Source of the DNA: Octopus vulgaris
Taxonomy: Eukaryota
Reading direction: 5' to 3'
DNA length: 64,000 nucleotides
NCBI GenBank assembly: GCA_951406725.2
Contig: OX597842.1
Coordinates: 20,150,001-20,214,000, forward strand
Numbering within the stretch: the stretch's first letter is position 1; every line of letters starts with the position of its first letter. The translations under genes and the position numbers were made by a program. Below, in pieces: positions 36,281 to 50,143 of this stretch. The notes beneath the pieces are model-generated. The model was given only the letters and a program-made list of their open reading frames with translations, made no database searches and was not told where the DNA came from.

Positions 36281-37286
36281 TATTTCGGTCAAACTAAAGC
36301 GTTAAACCCGGTCAAAAAAGCAAAAAAAAACCCCAAATTTGTGTAAAACTACTTGCTCTAAACGAATGACGAAAAGGATGCGCGCTCGCGATAGGGGTGC
36401 TTTTTTTTCCGAAATACGTACAAGAATACGGAGTTTATGATTCATGTGTGAGTGTGTGTTCTTGATAATCGTTTAGAACAAGTAGTTTTACACCAATTAC
36501 ACTATTCTTTTCTTAGTTTAAAGGCCGTGGACTGAAGATGTGAAATTTCGAGGCCTCTCCCCAACTCCTAGTTCGCGCATTTTCTTTTTCATATTCGTTT
36601 AGAGGAAGTTGGATTTTTAACACCTATTACACAAATTTTTATTTTGTTTATTTGACCGGGTTTAACCGCTATTTCTTTATTACCCATAAGGGTTTACATA
36701 GATGGGGACAATACAATGATTTGGGGTCATGAAATGGAACTATTTACAGTGAAATCGAATGGATCATTTACAATGAAAATGAAATTGAATGAGTCACAAG
36801 AACAAAAAGGGACGGACATATGAAGTCAAAAGAACAGGATAGCCGACCCTACGAGCCCTGTTATTTAAACTGAAACCTTTTGGTAAGTGATCATAGCGTG
36901 TTCATGCAGGGCCTTTCACACCTAGCATCCGTGCAACACGCATCCATCTTTTTTTGAATACAGACACCTTTTCTCTAGCCCCACCTTCCTTTTCAGATGG
37001 AACCTAAAGTCCGTTAGGGCGGTGCCAGATATCATAGTGTCTGCCATTATACCTTTCACTAACCTCTTTCGCAACTGCTACTATCACGAGAAAGCAATGC
37101 TTACCTTCGTTCGTCATGGAACCAGGCGGGTCAATTTTTAAGATTGACTCAGACGACAGCTGTACTCTCCTTCCGTCCGACAACACAAGATGAAGCACAT
37201 TGCGATTTAGAAGAGTTGACTTAAATTAAAAAGTGGGTGGCCCTGAAAAGGGCCGGTATGTTTCAAAGAAGCTTAAGGTTCTTAGC

Positions 37287-37658
<372 letters not shown>

Positions 37659-37861
37659 TTACACTCAATCGGACGTAGCAGAAAACACCTCGAGAAATAG
37701 GTCACGTGCTCTGAAGCCGCGAATGAAAATGTGTCACATCAGCAGCAGTCGGTTTGGCGGGCAGCTGTCATTTGTAAATCTAACAAAGCCATCTTCCCGC
37801 CCAACCTTTCCTTCTTTAACGGTCACTATATAAAGTGTGACGGTTGGCCCCTATCTATTGA

Positions 37862-38281
<420 letters not shown>

Positions 38282-41139
38282 GTCGCCGTTGCTTTGTCAG
38301 CATATTAAATGGCCCTTTTTAGGGCCGCCACATTATATCCTAAGTATTCTCTTTCGATCGTTGATATGCTACTCGCTCCTGTTTGTTCAGTTTCTGTCTT
38401 CTCTTAGTTTTTCTTGGTCAATGTTAAGGTCCTCGCTCTTTAGCGAAAACAGGAGACGATCCAGTCAGCTGGGTGTTAGCAATTGGGATCTTTTCGGTTT
38501 GAACGGCAGTTTTTTTAACATAATTTCTAGGTGACTAAGAACTTATAAACTTCGTATACTGATAGAATGTGTTTCTATGACTTTCAGTTTAAATCGAAGT
38601 TCTAAGTTTGTAGAACGATATATAAAATACATATTATTTGAGTATATTTTTGATATTTACTCTATGCAAACTCATATAGCATCTTTGTCTTTCGTTTGTC
38701 TTGTATTGTCTCATTTTATATAAAATCGCCATGATCATAATAGAGATACTCTATTGAGGTAAAGAAACATTCTGTGCCTTATGAATATGTCCCTCGTTTA
38801 ATAAACAGATTGGTTTTATTTACATTTCTGAAGAGAAAATTATATCCTTTCCCCACTAACCCTAAAACAGATTGAAATGCAATAGATCGATACTAGGGTC
38901 ATAATTATGGGTGACAATTTCATATGACACCACTAGAAAAAGCTGCCGTTTAAACCGAAAAGATCCAGTAATTGTGTAGAAATCGAATATGAATAGAAAG
39001 GATTTGCGCAAACGATCCTGGCGGGTGGGGACCAGGATCCGATTTTCCCCTTATATTGCACATTTTCAGTTCCAAAAGCATATGTTTTGCGCTGGGTATT
39101 TTTTGTTGTTTTCGCACTTATTTCTTTGTATCTTTACTTTGTCGTTTACTGCTGGAGATTTCTGATAGAAAAATGTGCAAAGGTGAGTGGATTAATTACA
39201 TGATTTTTTGTACTGTTATCGCAGTTTTGGAGATTTGGCTGTTATTTTTAGCACGTCGATAGCCTGCTTCAAGTCGACGGGGAATGCTAATCTGCAAAAA
39301 TAGACATTTCTAATTTATAACCCCCACTTCTTTCCTTCATTTTTAACTTTTTTCATAACTAAATTATGCCAGCAATGTCTCATTTAAAACTTGGAGAGAA
39401 AGAATCCTTGCAGATTTGGTGTGATTTCTTTTTTGAAAACAATAATGAATAATGCAAGAATATATTTATTTATAAAGTTTAAACAGAACATGGAATGAAA
39501 TGTATTTATTTATAAACTTTATAAACCTAACAGCGTGGTGGTACGTAAATTAACGAAGGTATAAACCTGACGGAAATACACGAAGTTGACTACTTTCACT
39601 TCTGTCAGCTAAAAGCATGACAGTGCACTTTATTACCCACAAGGGGCTAAACACAGAGGGGACAGACATAGTTATTAAGTCGATTATGTCGACCCCACTG
39701 CGTAACTGGTACTTTGTCGACCTCGGCGGAATTTGAACTCAGAACGTAACGGCAGCCGAGATACCTATTTATTTATTACCCACAGAGGGGACAATGGGAT
39801 TAAGTCGATTGCATCTACTCCAGTGCGTAACTGGTGCTTATTTAATCGATCCCGAAGGGATGAACGGTAAAGTCGACCTCGACGGAATTTGAACACAGCG
39901 AGGGCAGCTAAGATTCAGAGTGGTCTCCCTTGTGCCGTTGTGGTTAAAAGTCCAACTATATTAATAAGCTGAAGTTGTCTGTGTGTGGTAGGTTTGGTAG
40001 CCTTCAACTAACACCATCTCCTCCGAGACCCTGCGGTGCAAGTTGACCAAAATTGAGAGTATGATAGAAGAAGGCTTGCTCTTCATTCCGTAGAAGAAAA
40101 AATTCGAATCGGACCATGTTAACACCAAAATTTATTTACATCAATAAATGCTTTTTTTCTATGAAAATCCCTATTTTTTACGATTTTTTCACTGCTGTGT
40201 CACCATTTTTCGGTGTATTTCAACCAGAAAAATGTTCACTTAAAGAGAATGATGCAAAATTTTTACTTCAAAAATTTCAATTCTAAAGGATCGAAACAGA
40301 CCCGGGCAGTACTGCTAATATATATATAATGCTGAGGTTGTCTGTGTGGTAGGTTTGGTAGCTTTCGACTAATAACTATCTCCTCCGAGACCCTGCGGCG
40401 CAAGTTGACCAAAATTGAGACTTCGTATACTGGTAGAATGTATTTATAAAACATCCTTTTCTCTTGGCTCTATTGAGAAAATTCTATAGTTTGTAAGATG
40501 TTTTTTTTTCAACCAATCAATGACGTCTATTGAGATGAAAACGTTCTGTGCCGTATGAATGTCTCTCGTTTAAGAAACACGAAAAAAAAGATCCCCTCCC
40601 TCCAAACCCTAAAACAGATTGATACTAGGGTCATAATTATGGATGACAATTTCATGACACTCTTTAGTAAATTGGTAAAGATAAAACAGCTGATTACAAT
40701 GACGTCTCTGCTACCATTTCCGAAATATTGGTTAAGCTAATGTTATGGAAGCGGGTGGCGAATCTCTGGAGACTAGACCAATCGTTTCCCCCTGCGTGAG
40801 AAAAAATGCAAAAATTCGGTACTACATAACGAGAGATCCCGGTGCGCGCACTCGCAACGAGACGATCCTAGCAAAGTAAATAAAACACAAAATAAATAAT
40901 TATTTCTAAACAAAGTAAATAAAACACAAAATGAATTAAAGTAAATAAGAAACACAAAGGATCGACTAGTCACGTCTAGCTAGCGCGGTCACCGGGACCA
41001 CTCTTCTGAAGTAGTACCAAAAATTCTTCAGACGAAAAAATCGCAAATATTAAGTCGAGAGAAGACGAATACGCAGAGTGTGAGAGGCCCTGAAAAGGGC
41101 CGTTGTTTTGGCTAAAGCCAAAAATGCCACCGAATTAAT

Positions 41140-41517
41140 TTACTTGGAAGCCTTCTGGGTTTTCTTGGGCAGAAGAACAGCCTGAATGTTGGGAAGAACA
41201 CCACCCTGGGCGATGGTCACTCCGGACAAAAGTTTGTTCAATTCTTCGTCGTTACGGATGGCCAACTGCAAGTGACGGGGAATGATTCTCGATTTCTTGT
41301 TATCTCTGGCAGCATTTCCTGCCAATTCCAACACCTCAGCAGCCAAATATTCCATCACAGCGGCCAAGTAGACTGGGGCTCCGGCACCGACACGTTGGGC
41401 ATAATTTCCCTTACGGAGAAGACGGTGGATACGACCGACAGGGAACTGAAGTCCGGCACGGGACGAACGGGTCTTGCTCTTTCCCTTTACTTTTCCTCCT
41501 TTACCACGTCCAGACAT
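41140..41517 (-). CDS. H2A: Histone H2A
   Basis: Protein identical to copy 1; stem-loop at 41086-41101. Confidence 0.99.
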   Translation of the reverse strand: MSGRGKGGKVKGKSKTRSSRAGLQFPVGRIHRLLRKGNYAQRVGAGAPVYLAAVMEYLAAEVLELAGNAARDNKKSRIIPRHLQLAIRNDEELNKLLSGVTIAQGGVLPNIQAVLLPKKTQKASK

Positions 41518-41786
41518 ATTTCAAAGTTCGACAGTAGTTCTCAACAAAGAAGACGGCCAAAGTTTAAAAAAGACGGCGGCTTTTGGCTTTAAATAGCAGT
41601 CAGGAGGCTCCAGCAGTCACAAACTGCCGAGCGAAAAAGGAGCGGGTTTATGTCACGTGATTAGACTGCTGTCAAATTCCACCAATGAAATTGATTGGCG
41701 CGAAACGTCAGCAAGGTGCTCGGCTGAGCCTACTTGTCAATTATAAATAGCGTGGACGAGGGTTGATTAGTAGAGCAAGTGACATT

Positions 41787-42164
41787 ATGCCACCAGCACC
41801 AGCAACTGCTTCGAAAGGAGCCAAGAAGGCCTCCAAGGCCAAGACCTCTCGCCCTGCCGGGGACAAGAAACGTAAGAAGAAGAGGAAGGAAAGTTATTCC
41901 ATCTACATCTACAAAGTGATGAAGCAAGTCCACCCGGACACTGGCATCTCCAGCAAAGCTATGTCCATCATGAACAGTTTTGTCAACGATCTGTTCGAAA
42001 GAATAGCTTCTGAATCCAGCCGCTTGGCTCACTACAACAAACGTTCGACCATCAGTAGCCGTGAGGTGCAGACTGCTGTCCGTCTTCTCCTTCCTGGTGA
42101 GTTGGCCAAACACGCCGTCTCTGAGGGTACCAAGGCCGTCACCAAATACACTAGCAGCAAGTAA
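41787..42164 (+). CDS. H2B: Histone H2B
   Basis: Protein identical to copy 1; stem-loop at 42197-42212. Confidence 0.99.
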   Translation: MPPAPATASKGAKKASKAKTSRPAGDKKRKKKRKESYSIYIYKVMKQVHPDTGISSKAMSIMNSFVNDLFERIASESSRLAHYNKRSTISSREVQTAVRLLLPGELAKHAVSEGTKAVTKYTSSK

Positions 42165-43619
42165 ACTTGCTTCGTTTCTCTTCATCGAAGAATAACGGTC
42201 CTTTTCAGGGCCACCCACATTCTCATGAAAGTTAATTCAGATTTTCTGCCGATTTGCGAATTTTCTTTTTCTTATTGTGAGTAGGCTTTAAGGAGAGTTT
42301 TGAAAATAACGGTTTTTCCTACAAATAACAGCCCTTGAATCATACCTTTTCGCTTGAATTTTTTTTTACCGAGAGTTTTCTAGACTGCTTAAAGTTGCTT
42401 CAGATAGTTTCAAACGGTTCTCTGGAAATATCCGAGAGATTCCCGTCAAAACGGAGAAATTCCAACTTATAATGTTGATGTTCGCCGGAGTATTTTCGAA
42501 AAGGAAAGCTTAATATTTTACTTTCACTCCTGGTCACCGAAACAAAAGCGAAATAACCCAGTGAAAAGGGTGTGAGAAAAATGTGCATTAAACGAATATG
42601 AAACGAAAGATTTACGCCAACGGACTTTCGGAAGATTCACAGGATCCGATTTTTTCCCCTCAACTTAGGAATATGGATATTTTTAATTAAATTTTTTCCG
42701 AGGGAGTGGGGCACGGATTTCCCAACCTTCGGGAAAAAGATAAAAATATACAAACGAGGAATTTTGTAGAAACACAGCCAATCTCGCTTTTCGTCTGTAA
42801 TGGTTTTTGAGTTACGAAGTGAGGTGCCAAAGTGAAAGCATTTTTAAAAGGGCAACCATCGTTGAATCAACAGACATTACGGATCTTTTCGGTTTGAGCG
42901 GCAGTTTACTTCGTGTACTGGTGGAATGTGTTTATAAAACATCTTTTTCTCTTGGCTTTATTGAGATGTTTTTTTTTCTGCAATTTCAACCAATCATTGA
43001 CGTCTATTGAGGTGAAAAACATTCCGTGCCGTATGAATATGTACCTCGTTTATGAAACAAATTGCGTTTATTTACATTTCTGAAGAAAAAAAGATACCCT
43101 TCTCCCACTCCTAACCTTAAAACATTGAAATGCAATAGATCGATACTAGGGTCGTAATTATGAGTGACAATTTCATATGACACTGCTAGAAAAATCTGCC
43201 GTTCAAACCGAAAAGATCCCTTTTTAAATTAAAAGAAACAACTATCGTCGCATCAACAGATATTGCACTATCTGTCCGTTGCATGATGCCGTAATGGTGA
43301 AAACAGGACAAGTAGAAATGTAAGGCTGCAACGGTAGCAGTCGATAAGGCGCGCTCTTTCTTGTACAGATATGCTCTGCGATTGTTGATGTCACACGTAA
43401 CGGTGAAATAGAAATGTTTTGTATAACTTCGACTGCTGTCGTTCTATGGAAGCAATCTCATCATTTTCTACGTAGCATACCGTTCGTTACATAAACATAC
43501 ATGCAAACAACAAGCAAAAACGAAAGGTATATCTTCTCTCTATCTCTCCTCGCACACGCATATGAACATGTATGCAGTAGGTGTACGTACGTATGTTTGT
43601 GACAAAAGCCATGCACACA

Positions 43620-44550
43620 TACCGTGTATCCTTTCTCTTTTACTTGTTTCAGACAGCGGCCATGCTGGAGCACCGCCTTTAGTCGAGCAAATCGACCCCG
43701 GGACTTATTCTTTGTAAGCCCAGTACTTATTCTATCGGTATCTTTTGCCGAACCGCTAAGTGACGGGGTGTAAACACACCAGCATCGGTTGTCAAGCAAT
43801 GCTAGGGGGACAAACATACACATACGACAGGCTTCTTTCAGTTTCCGTCTACCAAATCCACTCAAGGCATTGGTCGGCCCGGGGCTATAGCAGAAGACAC
43901 TTGCCCAAGGTGCCACGCAGTGGACTGAACCCGAAACCATGTGGTTGGTAAGCAAGCTACTTACCACACAGCCACTCCTTGTGTATAATATGCACCCTTT
44001 CTCTAACTTGAGTCAAGGAGGTCTATGTAATGTCCTTGGTTTGTAAAAATGTATACGGTAAGGTCCTTTATTATTATTGTATATATAACATAATACAAAC
44101 GTAGCTTTTTTGTGCATTTTGTTTGCAGAAAACAAAGAAATAACAGTAATAACGTTTAAGAAAGATTTTTAGGGGGCTGTACCTCTGAAAAGCCTAAACC
44201 TTTATAACGTCCTTGGTTTGTAAAACTATACGGTAACGTCCTTTATTATTATTGTATATATAACATAATACAAACGTGTAGCTTTTTTGTGCATTTTGTT
44301 TGCAGAAAATAAAGAAATAACAGTAATAACGTTTAATAAATGTTGCTTACTGCAAGTTATGGATGATTCTTTTATGACTTCATTGCTTTCAGGCTTAGCT
44401 TAAGATATTTTCACTCCCGACATCACAAAATGCGTCTGAATAAACATTGCCGGACATGCTTAGAAAATATTTTTCATTTTTAACCTCGTATATAGTATGC
44501 ACTAGGGATTTTGACCCTTAAATTTTAGGGGGAAATGCGGATTTACGGTA
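43620..44550. mobile_element. Tigger/pogo-like non-autonomous element with a nested SINE
   Basis: TACCGTGTATCC at the left end and GGATTTACGGTA at the right; SINE A inserted just inside the left end; internal ~130-bp tandem duplication. Confidence 0.5.
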
Positions 44551-45816
44551 CATAACCTCTTTCTCTGTCATTCACTCACTACAAAAAGTAAAAGAAAGAA
44601 ATTTCAGTTATGGCTCTCTCTCTCTATGACGCACACACACCAGCAAAACACCTTCAGACACATTTTCTCTCTGGCAAACCTCATCAACACACATACATCC
44701 ATTGCTCACTCTGTCATCACACACACACTAACAAAACCACTTCATATACACACCACACTTTCTGCCTCGTGCACCCCATCAACACACGCCCACACATCAA
44801 TTCCTCTCTCTTTCGCTTTACGCCGACTTCAAAAGAAAAGCCCCCTGTCCTCCCACGTACGTAAAGAATAAAGTTTTTACGGAAAGCACCGATCATGTTC
44901 AGGAGAAACATAAACAAACCTACGTGGTTTAGAAGTGATGTGAACTGTACTGAAAACGAAAGATCGCCAAAATTGGGGCTCCGTTTCCTTAATTTGTAAG
45001 CACATGACTACGTTTGTCTGCCAGTACTTGGCAGATATTTTATTAGCCCCCGGGGGAACGCAAGGGTTGAATTCCGAAAAGAGCCGGAAAGAATACCACA
45101 AGGCATTTCTGGCATTCTTTCGATATAACTCGACAAAATCAAAACACTTCACTTCGGGTATTTCCGTGGAAGCAAACGACAGTTCGATTCTGTTTTCTTC
45201 TTGGAAATTTGCGGATTTTACAGACACAAACGAAATGGGTTAAGAAGAAATATGCAAAGCTTTTTTTTTCAGGTTTAAAATGGAATCTTTATTATGATCA
45301 GAACGATCTTATACAGAATGCGACAACACAGGACAAACAAATGTGTTATATGAGTTCGTATGATATCATTTAAAAATTTACTAAAATATATTTTATGCAC
45401 CATAGGTGCAGGAGTGGCTGTGTGGTAAGTAGCTTATTTACCAACCACATGGTTCCGGGTTCAGTCCCACTGCGTGGCATCTTCGGCAAGTGTCTTCTAC
45501 TATAGCCCCTAGCCGACCAAAGCCTTGTGAGTGGATTTGGTAGACGGAAACTGAAAGAAGCCTGTCGTATATAGGCAAAGGAGTGGCTGTGTGGTAAGTA
45601 GCTTATTTACCAACCACATGGTTCCGGGTTCAGTCCCACTGCGTGGCATCTTCGGCAAGTGTCTTCTACTATAGCCCCTAGCCGACCAAAGCCTTGTGAG
45701 TGGATTTGGTAGACGGAAACTGAAAGAAGCCCGTCGTATATATTTATACTATAAAATTGGATTTAATCCTAAATCTAATTTTTCCCTGTAAGTTTGGATT
45801 TATTCCCTAATATTAT

Positions 45817-45858
<42 letters not shown>

Positions 45859-48800
45859 TTATATATATATATATAGATAGAATAAGTACTGGGCTGACAA
45901 ACGAATAAGTCCAGGAGTCGATTTGCTCGATTAAAGGCGGTGCTCCAGCATGGCCGCAGTCAAATAACTGAAACAAGTAAAAAAGTAATTAATTTAACCT
46001 TAGACTAAAACTTTAAAAAAAGCAAAAAAACACATAAGAAAACGAATAAAAAGATTAAAGGATCGAACCCGGCACCCTATAAGGCCCGGCAACGATCTTT
46101 TCCTTTCGTCAATGATTAAGCTGGGTTACTGACACCCACCTTTCTCATCACATCCTTCCATCGTTATATCTATACTCCACAACCCACGGAAATACCCGAA
46201 GGGAAACGTTTTGATTTTGCCGAGTTATATCGAAGGAATGCCTTGCAGAAGTTCTTGGCATCCTTTTGTCTCGGGAGACAATGGGAGTTGAGCATAAACT
46301 AATCTAGTCTGGTTTTTTACATTTCATGTCCTCTCCAGTTTTGCGCAGGCCTGGGCTAGATGTAAGAAAATCCTGGGTAGCCCAATCGTCAGGATTTCTC
46401 TCTCGACCTTGCTGACGTAGTCCAAAGGAGTGCAGAGCATTACGTTTGGCACCAGCTTGGTTGCAGGAGCTGCCGGAAGAGTGTCGAGTCGAACACTAAA
46501 CCGCCTATAGTAGCGATTTTCTTCACTACTTCAGGCAGTGACGACCCTGCCTGACACGAGTCCCGGGCTCAGCTAGCTCCGGCTGACAGTACCCGGTATG
46601 GCCCCTATCCAGAGTTACAGAAAGGAGGTAATAGCTAGTTAGACGCTCAGAAATTAAGTTTTTACAATGAAGCATGGAAAATCTTCAAAACCCATTGCAT
46701 GTCGTACAGTCGCTATCACTAAAACCTTACCTCACTTCCATGACCCATACATTCCTTCTCCCACGAGTGTTCTTGTAGTAAACAGTATCTGCTACGGCCC
46801 ATGCGAGATCAAAGTGTCTGTGGTCGATCGGTGTATTAGAAAGGGCAGCCAAATTCGAACATAAAAAGGGAATGAGGTGTATCAGTGGTGGTATGTTTCG
46901 ACCAATGGTTTACTGTTCTACACGAATCCCTAGTTTGTCAACTCAAACATATTTACAAAGTGTTCAGAAAGATGGTACTACTAGCGAACTTGCGCGTATG
47001 TTTGTATTTCAAGGCTGAATACATATCAAAGGAAATTAATTAATATTTTTCGAACAAAGTAAATAATTCTTCAAACTGAGTAAATAAATGATTTTTATAA
47101 ACAAAACTAAGGTTAGGGTTAGGTTTAAAAAGTCGTAGGATCGACTAGCTAGCGTGAGTGCGCGCCCCGGGCTCACTGTTCGCTAGTAGTACCAAAGTGT
47201 ATTTGATTGTGGCATTTTACTTCATTCTCAATTCCTTTTGATTTCGGTCGAGACGCATGTTCTAGCCTCTTCAATAGTTACTCAGACAGGAGACAAAAGA
47301 TCAATCTAAAGCAATTTTCCTTTAAATAACGAACAAATATCTTTGTTTTACCGTTTAGTGATCGAGGTAAGAGCCGCGGGTTCGAGTTCCTATTCTTAGC
47401 TTATGAAAGAAATCACAGAGCGAGGGCAGCTAAGATTCAGAGTGGTCTCCCTTGTGCCGTTGTGGTTAAAAGTCCAACTATATACTTAAAGCTGAAGTTG
47501 CCTGTGTATGGCAGGTTTGGTAGCCTTCGATTAACACCATCTCCTCCGAGACCCTGCGGCGCAAGTTGACCAAAATTGAGAGTATGATAGAAGAAGGCTC
47601 GCTCTTCATTCCGCAGAAATTCAAATCGGACCATGTTAACACCAAAAATTATTTACATCAAAAAGGTGCTTTTTTCTATGAAAATCCCTATTTTTTACGA
47701 TTTTTTCACTGCTGTGTCGCCATTTTTCGGTGTATTTCAACCAGAAAAATGCTCACTTAAAGAGAATAACAAGCTACATAATGCAAAATTTTTACTTTTC
47801 AAAAATTCCAATTCTAAAGGGTCGAAACAAACCCGGGCGATACTGCTAGTATATATATAAAGCTGAAGTTGTCTGTGTGTGGTAGATTTGGTAGGCTTCA
47901 ACTAACATCATCTCCTCCGAGACCCTGCGACGCAAGTTGACCAAAGTTGAGAGTATGATAGAAGAAGGCTTTTTATTTTCGTTTTGTTTTTCAGAAATTA
48001 GAACAGATAAATTTGGTGGGTGGAGCATAATTTTGTAGCTGGGAACGTAAGTACAAAATATGCCTATTTATGACAAAACATTCGACAATAAAACTTTTTA
48101 AAAGTGTTGGTTAATGTCTATGTGTTGACCCGGAACTGAAAATCAAAGAGAAAAAAAAGAAAAAGAAAAAATATTCGAATGGATGTAAGACAATGTGTAG
48201 GCAACGAATAGGGAACAAAATGCGTGCTACGCAACGGGAGGGTGGGGAGAGGACTTGGGAAAATTCACAAGATCCGAGTTTTTCCATCAACTTTTAGGAA
48301 AATGGGGGGATCTTTTCGGTTTGACCGGCAGTTTTTTAAAATAATTTCCACGTAACTAAACACTTTTAAACTTCCTATACTGGTAGAATGTGTTTATAAA
48401 ACATCTTTTCTCTTGGCTTTATTGAGAAAAGTCTATAGTTTGTAAGATATTTGTTGTTTTTCTTTCTGCAATTTCAACCAATCAATGGACGTCTATTGAG
48501 GTAAAAAACATTGTAACATATTTCGTAATAAATATTGTAACATATTTCGTCTAAAATTTCTTGCATTTCGGCAATTTTAACCAATCAATTACCTCCATTG
48601 ACGTAAATAACATTCCGTGCTGTATGAATATGTCCCTCGTTTAAGAAACAGATTGGGTTTATTTACATTTGTGAAGAAAAAAGATACTCTTCCCCCACCC
48701 CAAACCCTAACTCTAACTCTAAATCTAAAATAGATTGAAATGCAATAGATCGATACTAGGGTTATAATTATTGGTGACAATTTCATACGACACTGCTATA

Positions 48801-50012
48801 AAAAACTAAGCATTTCAATCTATTTTAGATTTAGGGGTGGGGGAAGAGTATCTTTGTTCTTCACAAATGTAAATAAACCCAATCTGTTTCATAAAGAAGG
48901 GACATATTCATTATGTACAGAATGTTATTTACATAAATGGACGCCAGTGATTGGTTAAAATTGCCGAAATGCAAGAAATTAAAGACGAAATATCTTACAA
49001 CCTATAGAATTTTCTCAATAAAGCCAAGAGAAAATGGTGTTTTATAAACACATTCTACCAGTACAGGAAGTTTAAAACTTTTTAGTTACCTAGAAATTAT
49101 GTTACAAAGTGCCGTTCAAATGGAAAAGATCCGATTCCGTGTAATTTCCATAGTGTGTGTGTGCCTGTTCTGTTTTTATCTACCAAATCCACTCACAAGG
49201 CTTTGGTCGACCCGTGGCTATAGTAGAAGACACTTGCCCAATGTGTCAAGCAGTGGGAATGAACCCGGAACCATGTGGTTGGTAAGCAAGCTACTTACCA
49301 CACTGCCACTCCTGCGCCTTTGGTGAAAGTTTCGTTAAAAAGTATGAACTTCTTGGAAGTTTTGAGGCAACAAAGTCGGTGGGGTATTAAACTGTATGTA
49401 TGCCTCTTGTTCAATAAACGTTAACCCTACCTTCCGTTGAATTTCCAAAGAATTAACGAAGTGAACTTTTAGATTAACCGTGCCCACCTCTGTATATATG
49501 TATAGGCTTGTATGGGTCCGTATGTACAACATGTATGTATACGAGTGTCGTACGAGACCAAATAATGTTTATTTTTGAACTTAGTACGCCCTCGCCCACA
49601 CATCCCAACCGTCGAAGCTGCAGTGGTTAATTCTATTAGTGGAGAACTTTGCATCCTTTTTAGTCTTCGACAGCAGATGCTACGTCGTCGTTACTGGAAT
49701 ACTTGTTCTCGGGTAAGTGTTTTTAAATTCCAATGTTGGACAGGGCCGTCGAGTACCTAAGCTCTTAAAAGATTTGGGTATCTCCGTAAAAGATTATGTA
49801 ATTCGAAATATTAAATGAATCTTTTCGGTTTGAATCGGAAAAAATTTTCTATGAATTCTGATGATCTCCTAATATGCTATAAAATCCTTTTTCGAGTCCC
49901 GAAATCGGGGTGGGGTGAGGTGGAAACCTCAGAAATTTCACCCGCACCCCTATTAAGCTTTTCACCTGCACGATTTTCACCGAGGAAAAAAACTCCAGCA
50001 AAATAATAATAA

Positions 50013-50143
50013 GGATCTTTTCCTTTTGAAGGCCAGTTTTCAACACAATTTCTAATTAACTAAATACTTTTAAACTTCGTATACAGGTAGAATGTGTCAA
50101 AATAAAACATTGTTGAAAACTGGCCTTCAAAAGGAAAAGATCC
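50013..50143. mobile_element. 131-bp mini-MITE of the GGATC family
   Basis: Perfect ~33-bp TIR GGATCTTTTCCTTTTGAAGGCCAGTTTTCAACA. Confidence 0.75.

Noticed and set aside
47105-47125. Interstitial telomere (TTAGGG motifs, also ~7118 and ~50262)
   Set aside because: Only 1-2 units, always internal to MITEs.
47350-47400. Possible tRNA gene (GGTTCGAGTTCC B box)
   Set aside because: No A box or cloverleaf could be built; the SINE heads elsewhere are likewise not true tRNAs.
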